A stretch of 64,000 nt of DNA from Candidatus Zixiibacteriota bacterium (GCA_029860345.1 JAOUBJ010000011.1:64303-128302), one strand, 5' to 3'. Numbered from the stretch's first letter, positions 19,914 to 30,173 are shown. The notes: generated by a model not told the origin, from the sequence alone. Program-made: numbers and translations.

Positions 19914-20948
19914 ATGAAAGCACTCGAACTTAAACCCGGGGACCGTATCCTGGTGAGCCGGACCGACCGGCTTGGTGATCTGATCCTGGCCCTGCCGTTT
20001 GTGGAGACACTCAAAGGCAGGTATCCCGAATGCCATATCGAGGTAATGTCCTCACTGTATGCTTCACCGATTCTGGAGAACAATGATCGTATTGACGGCA
20101 TCGTGCGCGTGCTCAACAAACAGTTGGTAAGTGACCGGCTGTACAAAAAGGACCTGCTGCAAAAAATCAAACAGTCCAGCTACCAGGTGGTGGTAGCTCT
20201 GTATCCGGAACGCAACATCTGTCAACTGTTTCACAAGTCGGCTATCCCCGACCGCATCGGCACTGCCGGTCGTTTTCATTCCGTTTTCTTCAATCATCGG
20301 TTGCTCCATAGTCGGAAGTCCAACAAAAAGCATGAGTGTGAGTACAATCTGGATTTTCTGAAATTCTTCCGCGAAGGTGAAACGGTGACCATGCCGGTCG
20401 TCTACCCACGCGAGAAGGAATTGGCCAACGCTCGCCGGATTCTAAAAGAAGCCGGTGTTGAGGGAAGGTTTGTGGTGCTCCATCCCGGTTCGGGCGGTTC
20501 GGCGGAACGCTGGCCTCTGGATCGTTTTCTTAAGTTGTATTCCGATCTGGAAACCTCCGGCGTGCAGGTGGTTCTCTCAGGCTCTGAGAAAGAGGGTGAG
20601 GTAATCGACAGTCGCTCGCACGAACTGGGTCTCAAAATGCGTCAAATCACCGGCGACACCGATCTCAGAACATTGGCCGCAGCTTTGTCGTTGGCTGATG
20701 TCGTGGTCGCAAACTCGACCGGACCGCTCCACCTGGCTGTGGCCGTGGGTACTAAGGTGGTCGGACTTTATCCCGGCAAGGCGGTGATGTCGCCGGCCCG
20801 GTGGGGACCCCTGGGACGGCATGACCGGGTGATCGTACCGGCCTCAAAAGAATGCAAATGCCCCCCTAATGAGTGTGTATGTATGCTGACGATAACAATA
20901 GAGAAAGTAGCGTCCGAAGTTGCACAACTTTTTGACCAGGCGGAATGA
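19914..20948 (+). CDS. glycosyltransferase family 9 (heptosyltransferase-like)
   Basis: 'ILVSRTDRLGDLILALP' and 'ANSTGPLHLAVAVGTKVVGLY'. Confidence 0.7.
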   Translation: MKALELKPGDRILVSRTDRLGDLILALPFVETLKGRYPECHIEVMSSLYASPILENNDRIDGIVRVLNKQLVSDRLYKKDLLQKIKQSSYQVVVALYPERNICQLFHKSAIPDRIGTAGRFHSVFFNHRLLHSRKSNKKHECEYNLDFLKFFREGETVTMPVVYPREKELANARRILKEAGVEGRFVVLHPGSGGSAERWPLDRFLKLYSDLETSGVQVVLSGSEKEGEVIDSRSHELGLKMRQITGDTDLRTLAAALSLADVVVANSTGPLHLAVAVGTKVVGLYPGKAVMSPARWGPLGRHDRVIVPASKECKCPPNECVCMLTITIEKVASEVAQLFDQAE

Positions 20949-20964
20949 CGAGAAACAGAGCTCA

Positions 20965-23103
20965 ATGAATCTGGCCGAGTTCATCATCCAGATAGAATCG
21001 CTCAATGCCAATATCAACATCGAGTTGATAAAGAAGGCGTATGAGTTCTCAGACCGAGCGCACGCCGGACAGACACGATCATCCGGTGAGCCGTATGTCG
21101 AGCATTGCCTCGAGGTTGCCTTCATTCTGGCCGAACAGCACATGGATTCCACTACCCTGGCGGCCGGGCTGCTTCACGATGTGGTCGAGGATACCGAAAC
21201 GACGGTAGAACAACTGCGTCGTGAATTCGACGATGAAGTGGCCGAGTTGGTAGACGGCGTCACCAAGCTGTCCGGGATACGGTTCTCCTCACGTGAAGAA
21301 CAGCAGGTCGAGTATTTTCGCAAGATGCTTTTGACCATGGCCCGGGACATTCGGGTTATCCTGATCAAACTGGCTGACCGGTTGCACAACATGCGAACGC
21401 TGGAGCACGTCTCGCCCGAACGTCAGAGACGTATCGCCCAGGAAACGCGCGACGTATACTGTCCGCTGGCCCATCGCTTCGGCATCAATCGGGCCAAGAT
21501 GGAACTGGAAGACCTTTCTCTCAAATTCCTGGAACCGGACGTTTATGTCGAGCTCAAACGGCGCATCAAGGAGACCCGCGAGGATCGTGAAAAACACATC
21601 GCGCGACTGGTAATGCCCATCAAGGAAGAACTGGCCAAGAACCATATCCCGGCTGAGGTCTATGGAAGAGCCAAGCATCTGGACTCTGTTTATCGCAAGA
21701 CCCGGGTCCGCAAAGTGCCGTTCGGCGAAATCTACGATCTGTTCGCCATCCGTGTCATTACCGACACCGAGCGGGACTGCTACCACACCATGGGCATCCT
21801 GCACTCGATGTGGAAGCCTATGCCGAACCGGTTTCATGATTACATGGCCAATCCCAAACCAAACGGCTACCGCTCGCTACACACCACCGTCTTTGGGCCG
21901 GATAATCGTCCGGTGGAGATTCAGATTCGGACCCATCAGATGCATCACGTTGCGGAAAACGGTATCGCTGCTCATTGGCTCTACAAAGAGGGTCGACAGC
22001 AGATGTCCAGATCAGACCGTCAGATGATCTGGTTGCGCGACGTTCTCGAATGGCAGAAGGACATGACCAATCCGGCCGATTTTCTGGAATACCTCAAGAT
22101 CGACTTGTACTCCGAGGATATTTTCGTCTTCACACCGCAGCAGAAACTGATCCACCTGCCCAAAGGCTCGACACCGCTTGACTTTGCCTTCCAGATTCAC
22201 ACTGAAGTAGGTATCCACTGCGCCGGCTCCAAAATAAACGGCCGCTTGCAACCCTTGTCGACGCCGATCAAGTCCGGTGACACGGTGGAGATCATCACCA
22301 ATCCGCGCCGGACACCTTCGCACGATTGGCTGAAACTGGTCAAATCTTCAACGGCCCGAGCCAAGATACGACGCTGGCTCAACCAGGCCGGGTTCGAGCA
22401 GTCGGTGATCCTGGGACGCGAAGTGGTGGAACGCAAACTCAAAGAGCTGCGTTTGAAGATGCCGCCCAACGAAGAGATGCAGGGCTACGCCGAGAAGCTG
22501 GGCAAGAAGTCGGTCGAGGACCTACTGGCCGCCATAGGTAATGGGTCGATGAACCGCGCACCGCTGGTCAATTTGATTCAACCGGAGAAAGAGAAACCTT
22601 CCGCCGGAATTGTCGGTCAGGTGATCGACCGTCTGCGCGGGTCAAAAGGTATCCGTGTCCACGGCATGGCCGACATGATGTTCCGTTTCGCAGGATGCTG
22701 CCAGCCGTTGCCGGGTGAAGATATTATCGGCTTCATCACGCGCGGACGGGGCGTTACGGTACATCGAGCCGACTGCGACAGCGCCCGCTACCTGCAAGGT
22801 CAGTTTCCGGAACGGCGTATCGATGTCAGTTGGGACGCCGGCAAGAGTGAGTCTTTTGTCGTCGAAGTGGAACTGGTGGTCGAGGATCGCAAGAACATGC
22901 TGCGTGACATCACTCAGGCCGTGGCCGACTCCGACACCAACGTTCGCGCCGCCGAGATGCACGCCACCGACACGGCCGCCACCGGAAAGTTCGTCATTGA
23001 AGTCACTTCTCTTTCGCATCTGAACCGAATCATCGAAAAAATGCGCAAGGTCAAAGGGGTCATCACCGTCCTTCGCTCCAAAGGACGCGACTTCGAGAAG
23101 TAA
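20965..23103 (+). CDS. rel: bifunctional (p)ppGpp synthetase/hydrolase, RelA/SpoT homologue
   Basis: HD hydrolase motif 'LLHDVVEDT', synthetase 'YRSLHTTV', and TGS and ACT-like C-terminal regions. ATG at 20965 preferred to the overlapping TTG at 20920. Confidence 0.9.
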   Translation: MNLAEFIIQIESLNANINIELIKKAYEFSDRAHAGQTRSSGEPYVEHCLEVAFILAEQHMDSTTLAAGLLHDVVEDTETTVEQLRREFDDEVAELVDGVTKLSGIRFSSREEQQVEYFRKMLLTMARDIRVILIKLADRLHNMRTLEHVSPERQRRIAQETRDVYCPLAHRFGINRAKMELEDLSLKFLEPDVYVELKRRIKETREDREKHIARLVMPIKEELAKNHIPAEVYGRAKHLDSVYRKTRVRKVPFGEIYDLFAIRVITDTERDCYHTMGILHSMWKPMPNRFHDYMANPKPNGYRSLHTTVFGPDNRPVEIQIRTHQMHHVAENGIAAHWLYKEGRQQMSRSDRQMIWLRDVLEWQKDMTNPADFLEYLKIDLYSEDIFVFTPQQKLIHLPKGSTPLDFAFQIHTEVGIHCAGSKINGRLQPLSTPIKSGDTVEIITNPRRTPSHDWLKLVKSSTARAKIRRWLNQAGFEQSVILGREVVERKLKELRLKMPPNEEMQGYAEKLGKKSVEDLLAAIGNGSMNRAPLVNLIQPEKEKPSAGIVGQVIDRLRGSKGIRVHGMADMMFRFAGCCQPLPGEDIIGFITRGRGVTVHRADCDSARYLQGQFPERRIDVSWDAGKSESFVVEVELVVEDRKNMLRDITQAVADSDTNVRAAEMHATDTAATGKFVIEVTSLSHLNRIIEKMRKVKGVITVLRSKGRDFEK

Positions 23104-23167
23104 CACCATGGATGTGCCGTTGTGCGACCCCGCGCGACGGCTACACAACCTCACCGTGAGCTCCTTA

Positions 23168-23694
23168 GTAGGGTGGGTCCGTCTTCGGACCCGCCATTGT
23201 CATCAGCAGATGTGGACATCTGCCAGTCACTGAGACTGTCGGCGGAGACAAGCCCCGCCGCTACGCGATAGAGCGCGAGGACGTACACCAGGCACGAAGA
23301 TGGATTCCCGCCTGCGCGGGAATGACACATGCGGCGCGGGGGTGACAGAGAGGCGGGCGTTGACCACCCTTCGACTCCGGGCAGGGTGAGATCTGAATGG
23401 GTTCGTAGACGGCCACCTCATGGTGAGCGGAGTCGAACCATGAACCTCTGGAATCTTATCCGAAGAGAATCCCGCGAGGCGCGGGATGTCGAAACCACAA
23501 CGGGTTTCGACCTACTGCCTGAAAAGGACAAGAACGAGTCCATTTTGCGGTGCAGGTCAAATGGGCCAATTTCCTTCCTCAAAGTCCCCTCTCGAGAGGG
23601 GATTTAGGGGTGTGTTATTCTACTTTTGGCAGACTAGGACGTCTGCCGCCCACAGAAAGAGAAGATGGATGCCGGATCAAGTCCGGCATGACAG
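23168..23694. repeat. mosaic array of short palindromic repeat units (array R3), between convergent genes
   Basis: GTAGGGTGGGTCCGTCTTCGGACCCGCC at 23168-23203. CAGCAGATGTGGACATCTGCC at 23204-23226. GAAGATGGATTCCCGCCTGCGCGGGAATGAC at 23297-23327. CACCCTTCGACTCCGGGCAGGGTG at 23361-23390. GGTGAGCGGAGTCGAACC at 23419-23444. TCCCCTCTCGAGAGGGGA at about 23586-23603. GAAGATGGATGCCGGATCAAGTCCGGCATGAC at 23661-23694. Confidence 0.9.
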
Positions 23695-23708
23695 ATTGTG
23701 GACTATCC

Positions 23709-25451
23709 CTACTCCGAGAACACCACCTGCAAACTCAACGTGTCGACACCACGCACTACTCGTATTTCGGTGGAGTCACCCTTTTTGTATCTGGCCAGCG
23801 CGCCCATGTAGTCGTAAATGTCCCCAACGAGCGTAGTGCCCATTTTGATGATAATGTCCTCCGATTGGATACCCGCCCGTTCACCGGGCTGGTCGGCGGC
23901 GACACCATCGATTTTCAACCCCTGCACTTCGGCTCCGAAATCAGGCACCACGCCGAGTTTCACAGTATAGTTCCCGCGACCACGTCGACCATCGGACTTG
24001 GTTGCCTGAAAAGTGAGCGCTCCCTCCATGCGGTCAAAACGTGTCACCACCTGCCAGACCAGATCGGTCACACCTACGATTCCATCGAGATCGATCTTGT
24101 CTACATCGTCGCTCGGTCGGTGGTAGTCATTGTGGGCGCCGGTGAACATGAACAAAGAGGGTATCTGTCGATTGTAAAAGGCGGTGTGGTCGGAGGCACC
24201 GATTCCCGTTTCCTGGGAAATGATATTGAAAGCATCAAACTGCAGTGAGTCAAAGTAACTTTTGAACTCGACGGATGAGCCGGTGCCGAACACGACCAGC
24301 CCTTCCTGCTCTTTGAGACGACCGACCATATCCATGTTGATCATCATGCGCACGGCGCTTGAGTCAATCGTCATGTTCTTGGCGTAGTGTGTCGAACCCA
24401 GAATACCGGCTTCCTCACCGGTAAAAGCAATGAACAACATCGAGTATTGCATTGGGTCCTCGGCCGAGGCCCAACGACGGGCCAATTCCAGCAAAGCCGC
24501 CGTGCCGGAACCGTTGTCGTCGGCGCCGTTGTGGATCTTGGGTTCGTCGCCACGATACAGAGAGTTTTCGGCACCCCAACCCAGGTGGTCGTAGTGAGCG
24601 CCGATAATGACAGTCGTGTCATTGTCGCCGGGAAGATAGCCCACGACATTGTAGGCAGTGTCGCGTACTTTATGCAGATCGGTCTGTCCTTCGGCGGAAC
24701 CGATGAAAGGTACATGGAGATTAAGCCCGAGTTTCTTAAGACCTCGGCGATGGAGGTAGATTATCGGAATCTCCTTGGGGTTGATCCGGGAGCTTGAGAA
24801 CATCGGCAGGGTATCATCCATGTCGGCCGGTGCCATGAGAAAGATACCGGCCGCACCCTTTGCGATTGCCTGGCCGATCTTGCGGTTTATCGGTCCGTGT
24901 TGATTGAGCTCAGCCTGAGCGCTGTCACTGGCCTCTGCCTCCGAAAGAACCGGCGTGTATCGTCTGATAAGAACTGCCTCACCGGCAACATCCAGTCCGT
25001 CGTAGTCATTGATTTTCAGCGAAGGTTCCTCGGCGTGTATGCCGTAACCCACATCGATAATACGATCAAATTCAAACGACAGACTGGCGGAATGCGGTAA
25101 TGGCGTGAAGTCGTCACCAAGCTTCAGGGCGGTATCGTTAATGGTCAGATAATTATCGTCGCCCAGTTCGATCCTCTTGGTAAACTCAAACGATTGCAGG
25201 TATCCGTCGGTCCCTTTTGGAATGAGTCCGGCTGCGGCAAAAACCGACTGAATATACTCAGCGGCTTTCCACTCCCCCACTTCACCGACCTGACGGCCCT
25301 CCAGCGAGTCGTGGGCCAGGACGGCAATGTGCTGATGAATCGAATCGGTCGTTATGCTATACTCAGCCGACACCGGGGTGATAATCATGAAAGATGTCAA
25401 AAAGACAATTGTGGACAACACAACAATTGTTGGATTATGTCGCGACACCAT
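23709..25451 (-). CDS. M28-family metallopeptidase with PA-like insert and C-terminal PDZ domain
   Basis: 'HNGADDNGSGTAALLELAR', 'FTGEEAGILGSTHY' and 'GASDHTAFY' are M28 metal ligands. C-terminal 'GLKIDGVAADQPGERAGIQSEDIIIKMG' is PDZ-like. Start chosen at 'MVSRHNPTIVVLSTIVFLTSF' (signal anchor); the track ORF extends to 25595. Confidence 0.8.
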   Translation of the reverse strand: MVSRHNPTIVVLSTIVFLTSFMIITPVSAEYSITTDSIHQHIAVLAHDSLEGRQVGEVGEWKAAEYIQSVFAAAGLIPKGTDGYLQSFEFTKRIELGDDNYLTINDTALKLGDDFTPLPHSASLSFEFDRIIDVGYGIHAEEPSLKINDYDGLDVAGEAVLIRRYTPVLSEAEASDSAQAELNQHGPINRKIGQAIAKGAAGIFLMAPADMDDTLPMFSSSRINPKEIPIIYLHRRGLKKLGLNLHVPFIGSAEGQTDLHKVRDTAYNVVGYLPGDNDTTVIIGAHYDHLGWGAENSLYRGDEPKIHNGADDNGSGTAALLELARRWASAEDPMQYSMLFIAFTGEEAGILGSTHYAKNMTIDSSAVRMMINMDMVGRLKEQEGLVVFGTGSSVEFKSYFDSLQFDAFNIISQETGIGASDHTAFYNRQIPSLFMFTGAHNDYHRPSDDVDKIDLDGIVGVTDLVWQVVTRFDRMEGALTFQATKSDGRRGRGNYTVKLGVVPDFGAEVQGLKIDGVAADQPGERAGIQSEDIIIKMGTTLVGDIYDYMGALARYKKGDSTEIRVVRGVDTLSLQVVFSE

Positions 25452-25690
25452 AAAGACTCCATGAAATGCAGACCAAGTCCGCGGTAATACTTGTATAGTC
25501 CCAGGGCTGCCAATATATCCAACTTTAGTTGGTCTGTCAGGTAAGAAAGCTGTGTTTTGGCGTAAGAATTTCATTGCTCCCACCCCCAAATCCACCGTAC
25601 TTGTCTCTGCGAAAAGGATGTTAACGTTTTGGAAAGAGGTTCAGTGTGACCAATACTGCACGGTCGACCCATAAAGCCGGTTCAACGGCC

Positions 25691-26218
25691 ATGAAAGACA
25701 GTCTGACGATTGGCGGAGTATTACTGGTGATTGTGATCGCCTATTTCGCCTACCAAATGTCACAGGCAACAGATCAGCATGTCCACAACCAGGAAGCCTT
25801 CCATCCGGAACTGAGCGGCGGTAACATGGACCAGGCGATGGCTTCGATGGCTAACCTGCCGGAGGATCACGAGACGCTGGTGATGATGGGGAACCAGCAC
25901 ATGGACCAGCAGAAATTCGCGATGGCCGCCGAACTGTACAAGCGCGCGTTGGCCAAGAAAGAAGTCAACGATGTCCGAGTCGACTTCGGCGCTTGTCTGA
26001 ACGGTATGAATCTGCCGCTGAGAGCGATCCAGGAGTTTCAGACAGTCCTGGCCGTTGATCCCACCCACGGGATCGCGACTTTTAATGTCGGGATAGTCTA
26101 TTCATCGCAGCAGCAACCGGATTCGGCGCGAGTGTACTTCCAGAGATACCTGGAACTGGACCCGCACGGACCAGCCGCGGCCACCGCCAGAGCCCAACTC
26201 CAGAGACTCGGTGGTTAA
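25691..26218 (+). CDS. membrane-anchored tetratricopeptide-repeat protein
   Basis: N-terminal TM 'IGGVLLVIVIAYFAY', then TPR-like helices ('AAELYKRALAKKE...', 'ARVYFQRYLELDP'). Alternative start at 25646. Confidence 0.55.
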   Translation: MKDSLTIGGVLLVIVIAYFAYQMSQATDQHVHNQEAFHPELSGGNMDQAMASMANLPEDHETLVMMGNQHMDQQKFAMAAELYKRALAKKEVNDVRVDFGACLNGMNLPLRAIQEFQTVLAVDPTHGIATFNVGIVYSSQQQPDSARVYFQRYLELDPHGPAAATARAQLQRLGG

Positions 26219-27281
26219 CTTCCAGGAACTGGCCCTCAACTGGGGGGCAGCCACCTGGGAGATGCTTCTGGATTCCGCCCTGCTGCTTTTAATCGGGCTG
26301 GGGCTGGCCGGCTTGTTGCGGTTGGTGCTCAGCGAGGGGAGAATCAATCGGTTTCTGGCCGGCGGCGGTCCCGGGCCGGTGTTCAAGGCGGCTCTGTTGG
26401 GTATACCGTTGCCCCTTTGCTCTTGCTCGGTGTTGCCGGTGGCGCATCAGCTTAGACAATCGGGTGTAAGCAAAGGGGGCACCGTCGCCTTCCTGATCTC
26501 GACACCGGAGTCCGGGATTGACTCTATGATTCTCACCTGGACTCTGATGGACCCAGTCATGACGATTGCCCGTCCGGTTACCGCTTTTCTGACCGCCTTC
26601 ACGGCCGGTCTGCTGGAGAACCGAAGCGATCCGGAGCCGATCAACAATCCACGCCCATCCGATCCGGAGACGAGCTGTTGCTCCTGCGAATCCGATAAAC
26701 CCGACGCCACCTCTTCTTTGCCCAACCGAATCTGGACCGGGCTGAAATACGCCTATACCGATCTGCTGGACGATCTGGCCGTCTACCTGGTAGTCGGCTA
26801 TGTGCTGGCCGGTCTGGTGGCTGTGGTGTGGGGTCCCCAGGCCGGTGGCTTACCGGAGTTTTTGCAAACTGGTTGGGGTGGGTACGTGGGGGCGTTGTTG
26901 ATCGGCTTACCCTTGTATATTTGCGCCGTTTCGTCAACTCCTTTGGCCGCAGCCCTGCTGGTCACCGGATTCTCCCCCGGCGCTACTTTGCTTTTTCTCA
27001 TGGTCGGTCCGGCCACCAATCTGGCTTCATTGGTGGTGGTAAGCAAAGTCCTCAAGGGTTGGGCGGTGCTCAGGTATCTCGGATCGATTATCGTCGTATC
27101 CCTGGTATGTGCGCTGATCCTGGACATACTCTACCCAATGTTCAAACTCAGCCTTAGTCCCGCGAGTCACTCGGTCTTACACCAGGGCCCGGGCACATGG
27201 TGGAACTGGGCGGCAGCGGTCGCCCTCACCGGCGGCGTACTGTGGTTCACCGGAAGAAAACTTCTGAAGCGATTGTTCTGA
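26211..27281 (+). CDS. permease of the UPF0718/ArsP-like family (two-domain membrane transporter)
   Basis: Polytopic. 'LPLCSCSVLPVA' is the cysteine motif characteristic of this permease family. Cys-rich central loop 'ETSCCSCES'. The GTG start overlaps the upstream stop. Confidence 0.6.
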   Translation: MVNFQELALNWGAATWEMLLDSALLLLIGLGLAGLLRLVLSEGRINRFLAGGGPGPVFKAALLGIPLPLCSCSVLPVAHQLRQSGVSKGGTVAFLISTPESGIDSMILTWTLMDPVMTIARPVTAFLTAFTAGLLENRSDPEPINNPRPSDPETSCCSCESDKPDATSSLPNRIWTGLKYAYTDLLDDLAVYLVVGYVLAGLVAVVWGPQAGGLPEFLQTGWGGYVGALLIGLPLYICAVSSTPLAAALLVTGFSPGATLLFLMVGPATNLASLVVVSKVLKGWAVLRYLGSIIVVSLVCALILDILYPMFKLSLSPASHSVLHQGPGTWWNWAAAVALTGGVLWFTGRKLLKRLF

Positions 27282-27302
27282 GACAAAGTGTGCTGCCAGC
27301 CG

Positions 27303-27334
27303 TGACCGGCCGGTCACCGAGGCATCTTATTTTG
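27303..27334 (+). terminator. possible terminator hairpin after the permease gene
   Basis: Perfect palindrome GTGACCGGCCGGTCAC (27303-27318), followed a few nt later by a TTATTTT tract. The spacing is not ideal. Confidence 0.3.
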
Positions 27335-27371
27335 GTAGGATATTCGAACGCAGTTTAGCATAGATATCCTC

Positions 27372-28085
27372 ATGGTATCGCTTCGAGAAACAGCCAACTC
27401 ATGCTTGGGCGTGCTCTGGGATTTTGTGTATCCGCCCCTTTGCCTCGGGTGCGGTGGATTCTACGACGGTGAGCACAGCGTTTGCGAACGCTGCTTTGAA
27501 ACCATCCATCGGTTCGAGGACCCCATTTGCCTAAACTGCCTCTCGGTGCTGGCCGGTGGACCCCGTTGTCCCATCTGCACCGATCTATCTCTACCCTTGT
27601 TTGCTTTAGGCGACTATGCCCCGCCGCTCAAGGACATTATATTGCAGTTCAAGTTCAAGGGGATCACCACCCCGGCCCGACTCATGGCTGGGTTATTGTG
27701 GCAACAATTCGGAGACCGCCTCACAATGCTAAACCCAACCGTCCTGGTTTCGATCCCGCTGCACCCCGGCCGCGAGAGTCAGCGTGGCTACAATCAGGCC
27801 GCACTGCTGACCGACCAACTGGGTTTACTCATGGATGTCCCGGTCAATAATAACCTGCTCACCCGGATTGAAAAACGAAAGCCGCAAGCCTCGCTCAGGC
27901 TGAGACAACGGATGAAAAACATCAAGGGTGTCTTTGAAGCCACACCGGCCGAAGGTCCCATGCGCGGGCTGCTTCTCGTTGACGATGTTGTCACCAGTGG
28001 CGCCACCGTCCTCGAAGCCACCCGCACCCTAACCGAGGCCGGCTATGAAGTAGTGGCGATAGCCGCCATCGCACATGGGAGATGA
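27372..28085 (+). CDS. comF: ComF-family phosphoribosyltransferase-like protein
   Basis: N-terminal Cys clusters ('CLGCGG...CERC', 'CLNC...CPIC') and a PRTase motif 'LLLVDDVVTSGATVLEA'. Confidence 0.75.
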   Translation: MVSLRETANSCLGVLWDFVYPPLCLGCGGFYDGEHSVCERCFETIHRFEDPICLNCLSVLAGGPRCPICTDLSLPLFALGDYAPPLKDIILQFKFKGITTPARLMAGLLWQQFGDRLTMLNPTVLVSIPLHPGRESQRGYNQAALLTDQLGLLMDVPVNNNLLTRIEKRKPQASLRLRQRMKNIKGVFEATPAEGPMRGLLLVDDVVTSGATVLEATRTLTEAGYEVVAIAAIAHGR

Positions 28086-28095
28086 GGGACAGACG

Positions 28096-28989
28096 ATGCT
28101 CGGGCAATTGGTGGAAGACTATCTTCAGTATCTCAAGCTCGAACGCGGATTGGCAACCAATACATTGACCTCCTACCGTCGGGATTTGCTTGAGTTTGTG
28201 GCGTCGCTTAAGGTGCAGGAGCCTTCGAAGTTGACTCCTCGTCTGGCTCAGGATTATGTCTCACGCCTGATCGGATCATCATTGAAACCGGCTACGATTG
28301 CTCGAAAGATATCCAGTGTCAAGCAATTCGCCGTTTGGCTGGGTGAGAGTGGTACATTGAAGCAGAATCCGTTTGCCGGATTGTCGGCTCCTCGGATTGC
28401 GCGCTATCACCCCCCATATCTTTCACCCGGAGAGGTGGCTCAGATAATCGATGCCATAGACACTAAAACGCCGACCGGTCGGCGCGACCGGACCATGCTG
28501 GAATTACTGTACGGGTCCGGGTTGCGGGTGTCGGAACTTTTGAACCTCAGAACTTCAGACATCGAGTTTGAAGCCGGGTTTCTCAGAATCGTCGGCAAAG
28601 GCAACAAGCAGCGGCTGGCTCCTCTGGGTGGCCCGGCCGCCTCTGCCCTCCATACCTATCTGGACAATCAGTCAAAACCAGAGGCTGACTCCGGCTACCT
28701 GTTCGCCAACCGCCTGGGGCGACCTTTCTCCAGGCCCGGCCTGTGGAAAATCATCAAACGGGCAGTGACCAAAGCCGGGATCGCCAAACCGGTTTCGCCC
28801 CATACATTTCGTCATTCTTTTGCCACCCACCTCCTGGAGGGAGGCGCCGACCTGCGGGTAGTGCAAGAAATGCTCGGTCATGCCGATATATCTACAACGC
28901 AGATATATACAACTGTTGACCGGGAATACCTGATTGCTGAACACAAAAAGTACCATCCTCGAGAATTGGCCGGGACCAAAGACGGCTGA
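28096..28989 (+). CDS. xerD: tyrosine site-specific recombinase, XerD/XerC type
   Basis: 'YLKLERGLATNTLTSYRRDL' N-terminal SAM-like domain. Catalytic 'SPHTFRHSFATHLLEGGADLRVVQEMLGHADISTTQIYT' (R..H-R-H..Y). ATG at 28096 avoids overlap with comF. Confidence 0.8.
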   Translation: MLGQLVEDYLQYLKLERGLATNTLTSYRRDLLEFVASLKVQEPSKLTPRLAQDYVSRLIGSSLKPATIARKISSVKQFAVWLGESGTLKQNPFAGLSAPRIARYHPPYLSPGEVAQIIDAIDTKTPTGRRDRTMLELLYGSGLRVSELLNLRTSDIEFEAGFLRIVGKGNKQRLAPLGGPAASALHTYLDNQSKPEADSGYLFANRLGRPFSRPGLWKIIKRAVTKAGIAKPVSPHTFRHSFATHLLEGGADLRVVQEMLGHADISTTQIYTTVDREYLIAEHKKYHPRELAGTKDG

Positions 28990-29932
28990 CGACCAACCCC
29001 GGACGGTTTACCGTTTTGCCATCAGACAGACCGGGTTTAATCTCGACTTTCATCTGGAACCCATCTATCGCCACGTTGAGACAACTTTTCATCACTTTCA
29101 GGATTTCGATGAGTTGGTCACGATCTGCCAACGCTTCGACATCGATGCCATAATCATCGGTGGGCGCGACGATTTTTCTCACGCCATAGAACTGGTCAGG
29201 GACATCAAGCAGAACATATTCCTGGCAATCATACCGGTGGTGCTCTATCATCCGGAGCCGGACAACAATACGATTCTGGCTGCCTATGAAAACGGCGCTG
29301 AAGAATTCGTCTATGGCGGATGGAACAACCGTTTGATCCAGGTGCGTATCAGGCGTCTTTTGGAGCGGAGCCGACGGGACCTTTCGATCAATCCGTCATC
29401 GCATCTACCCGGCCCGAGCATCATCGAAAGTGAGATAGCCAGACAGATCGACAAGCAGATGGAATTCGCGGTCTGCTACGCCGACCTGGACAATTTTAAG
29501 GCATTCAACGACTACTATGGCTACTACCGTGGTGATAAAGTTATCAGGCTCACGGCCAAAGTTGTCAAGGACACCGTCTTCGATCTATGTCGGGAGGGCT
29601 TTGTCGGGCACATCGCCGGGGACGATTTCATTTACATTATTCCAGCCGATATGATCGAACAGATATGCCGGTCGATAATCAAGACCTTCGACTCATTGAT
29701 CCCCTACCGATACGAGCCGGAAGATCGTGAGCGCGGATATATCACCACCAAGAGTCGCCGCGGTGATACCGAGCAATTTCCGTTATTGACCATTTCAATC
29801 GCGGTTGTGGTGAATAACAACGGGAAATTCGGACATGTCGGGGAGCTATCCAGGATGCTGGCCGACCTGAAATCTGCGACCAAGCTAAAATCCGGCTCCA
29901 ACTTCATGGTCGAGCGCCGCCGGAAATACTAA
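28934..29932 (+). CDS. receiver-like domain plus GGDEF-like nucleotide-cyclase domain (AGDDF variant)
   Basis: 'YADLDNFKAFNDYYGYYRGDKVI...VGHIAGDDFIYIIP' aligns to the GGDEF palm, with GGDEF changed to AGDDF. The N-terminal REC-like fold lacks the usual acceptor Asp ('DAIIIGGRDD'). The only in-frame start is TTG at 28934, which overlaps xerD, so the start is uncertain. Confidence 0.6.
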   Translation: MLNTKSTILENWPGPKTADDQPRTVYRFAIRQTGFNLDFHLEPIYRHVETTFHHFQDFDELVTICQRFDIDAIIIGGRDDFSHAIELVRDIKQNIFLAIIPVVLYHPEPDNNTILAAYENGAEEFVYGGWNNRLIQVRIRRLLERSRRDLSINPSSHLPGPSIIESEIARQIDKQMEFAVCYADLDNFKAFNDYYGYYRGDKVIRLTAKVVKDTVFDLCREGFVGHIAGDDFIYIIPADMIEQICRSIIKTFDSLIPYRYEPEDRERGYITTKSRRGDTEQFPLLTISIAVVVNNNGKFGHVGELSRMLADLKSATKLKSGSNFMVERRRKY

Positions 29933-29945
29933 CCGGCTCGCCTGT

Positions 29946-30160
29946 GTCACTCCCGCGAAGGCGAGAATCCATCTGCCCAAGCTGGCGATCAAAACCGAAG
30001 ATGGACCCCCGCCTGCGCGGGGGTGACAGATAAGCTTCAACAACGCGCGAAGCGCAAAAAAAACGGGCTTGCCCGCCGCCCCAAACAAGGTTTGAGGCGG
30101 CCACCCAGAGATTGGAAACTCTTTAACAAGTGTCATTCTGGCGAAGGCCAGAATCCAGTC
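29946..30160. repeat. mosaic array of short palindromic repeat units (array R4)
   Basis: GTCACTCCCGCGAAGGCGAGAATCCATCT at 29946-29975 and its inverted partner at 29998-30030. GCGCGAAGCGCAAAAAAAACGGGCTTGCCC at 30045-30075. CCCCAAACAAGGTTTGAGGCGGCCACCC at 30079-30106. GTCATTCTGGCGAAGGCCAGAATCCAGTC at 30132-30160. Confidence 0.9.
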
Positions 30161-30173
30161 TCCCCAGTGGCCC

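Noticed and set aside
23550-24248. 232-aa ORF on the + strand
   Set aside because: It starts inside a repeat array and runs antisense through the M28 peptidase gene. It is spurious.
28096-28989. Tyrosine recombinase as the integrase of a mobile element
   Set aside because: Its sequence and length fit housekeeping XerC/XerD. It sits in an operon-like string with comF. I saw no att-like direct repeats, tRNA or phage/ICE genes nearby.
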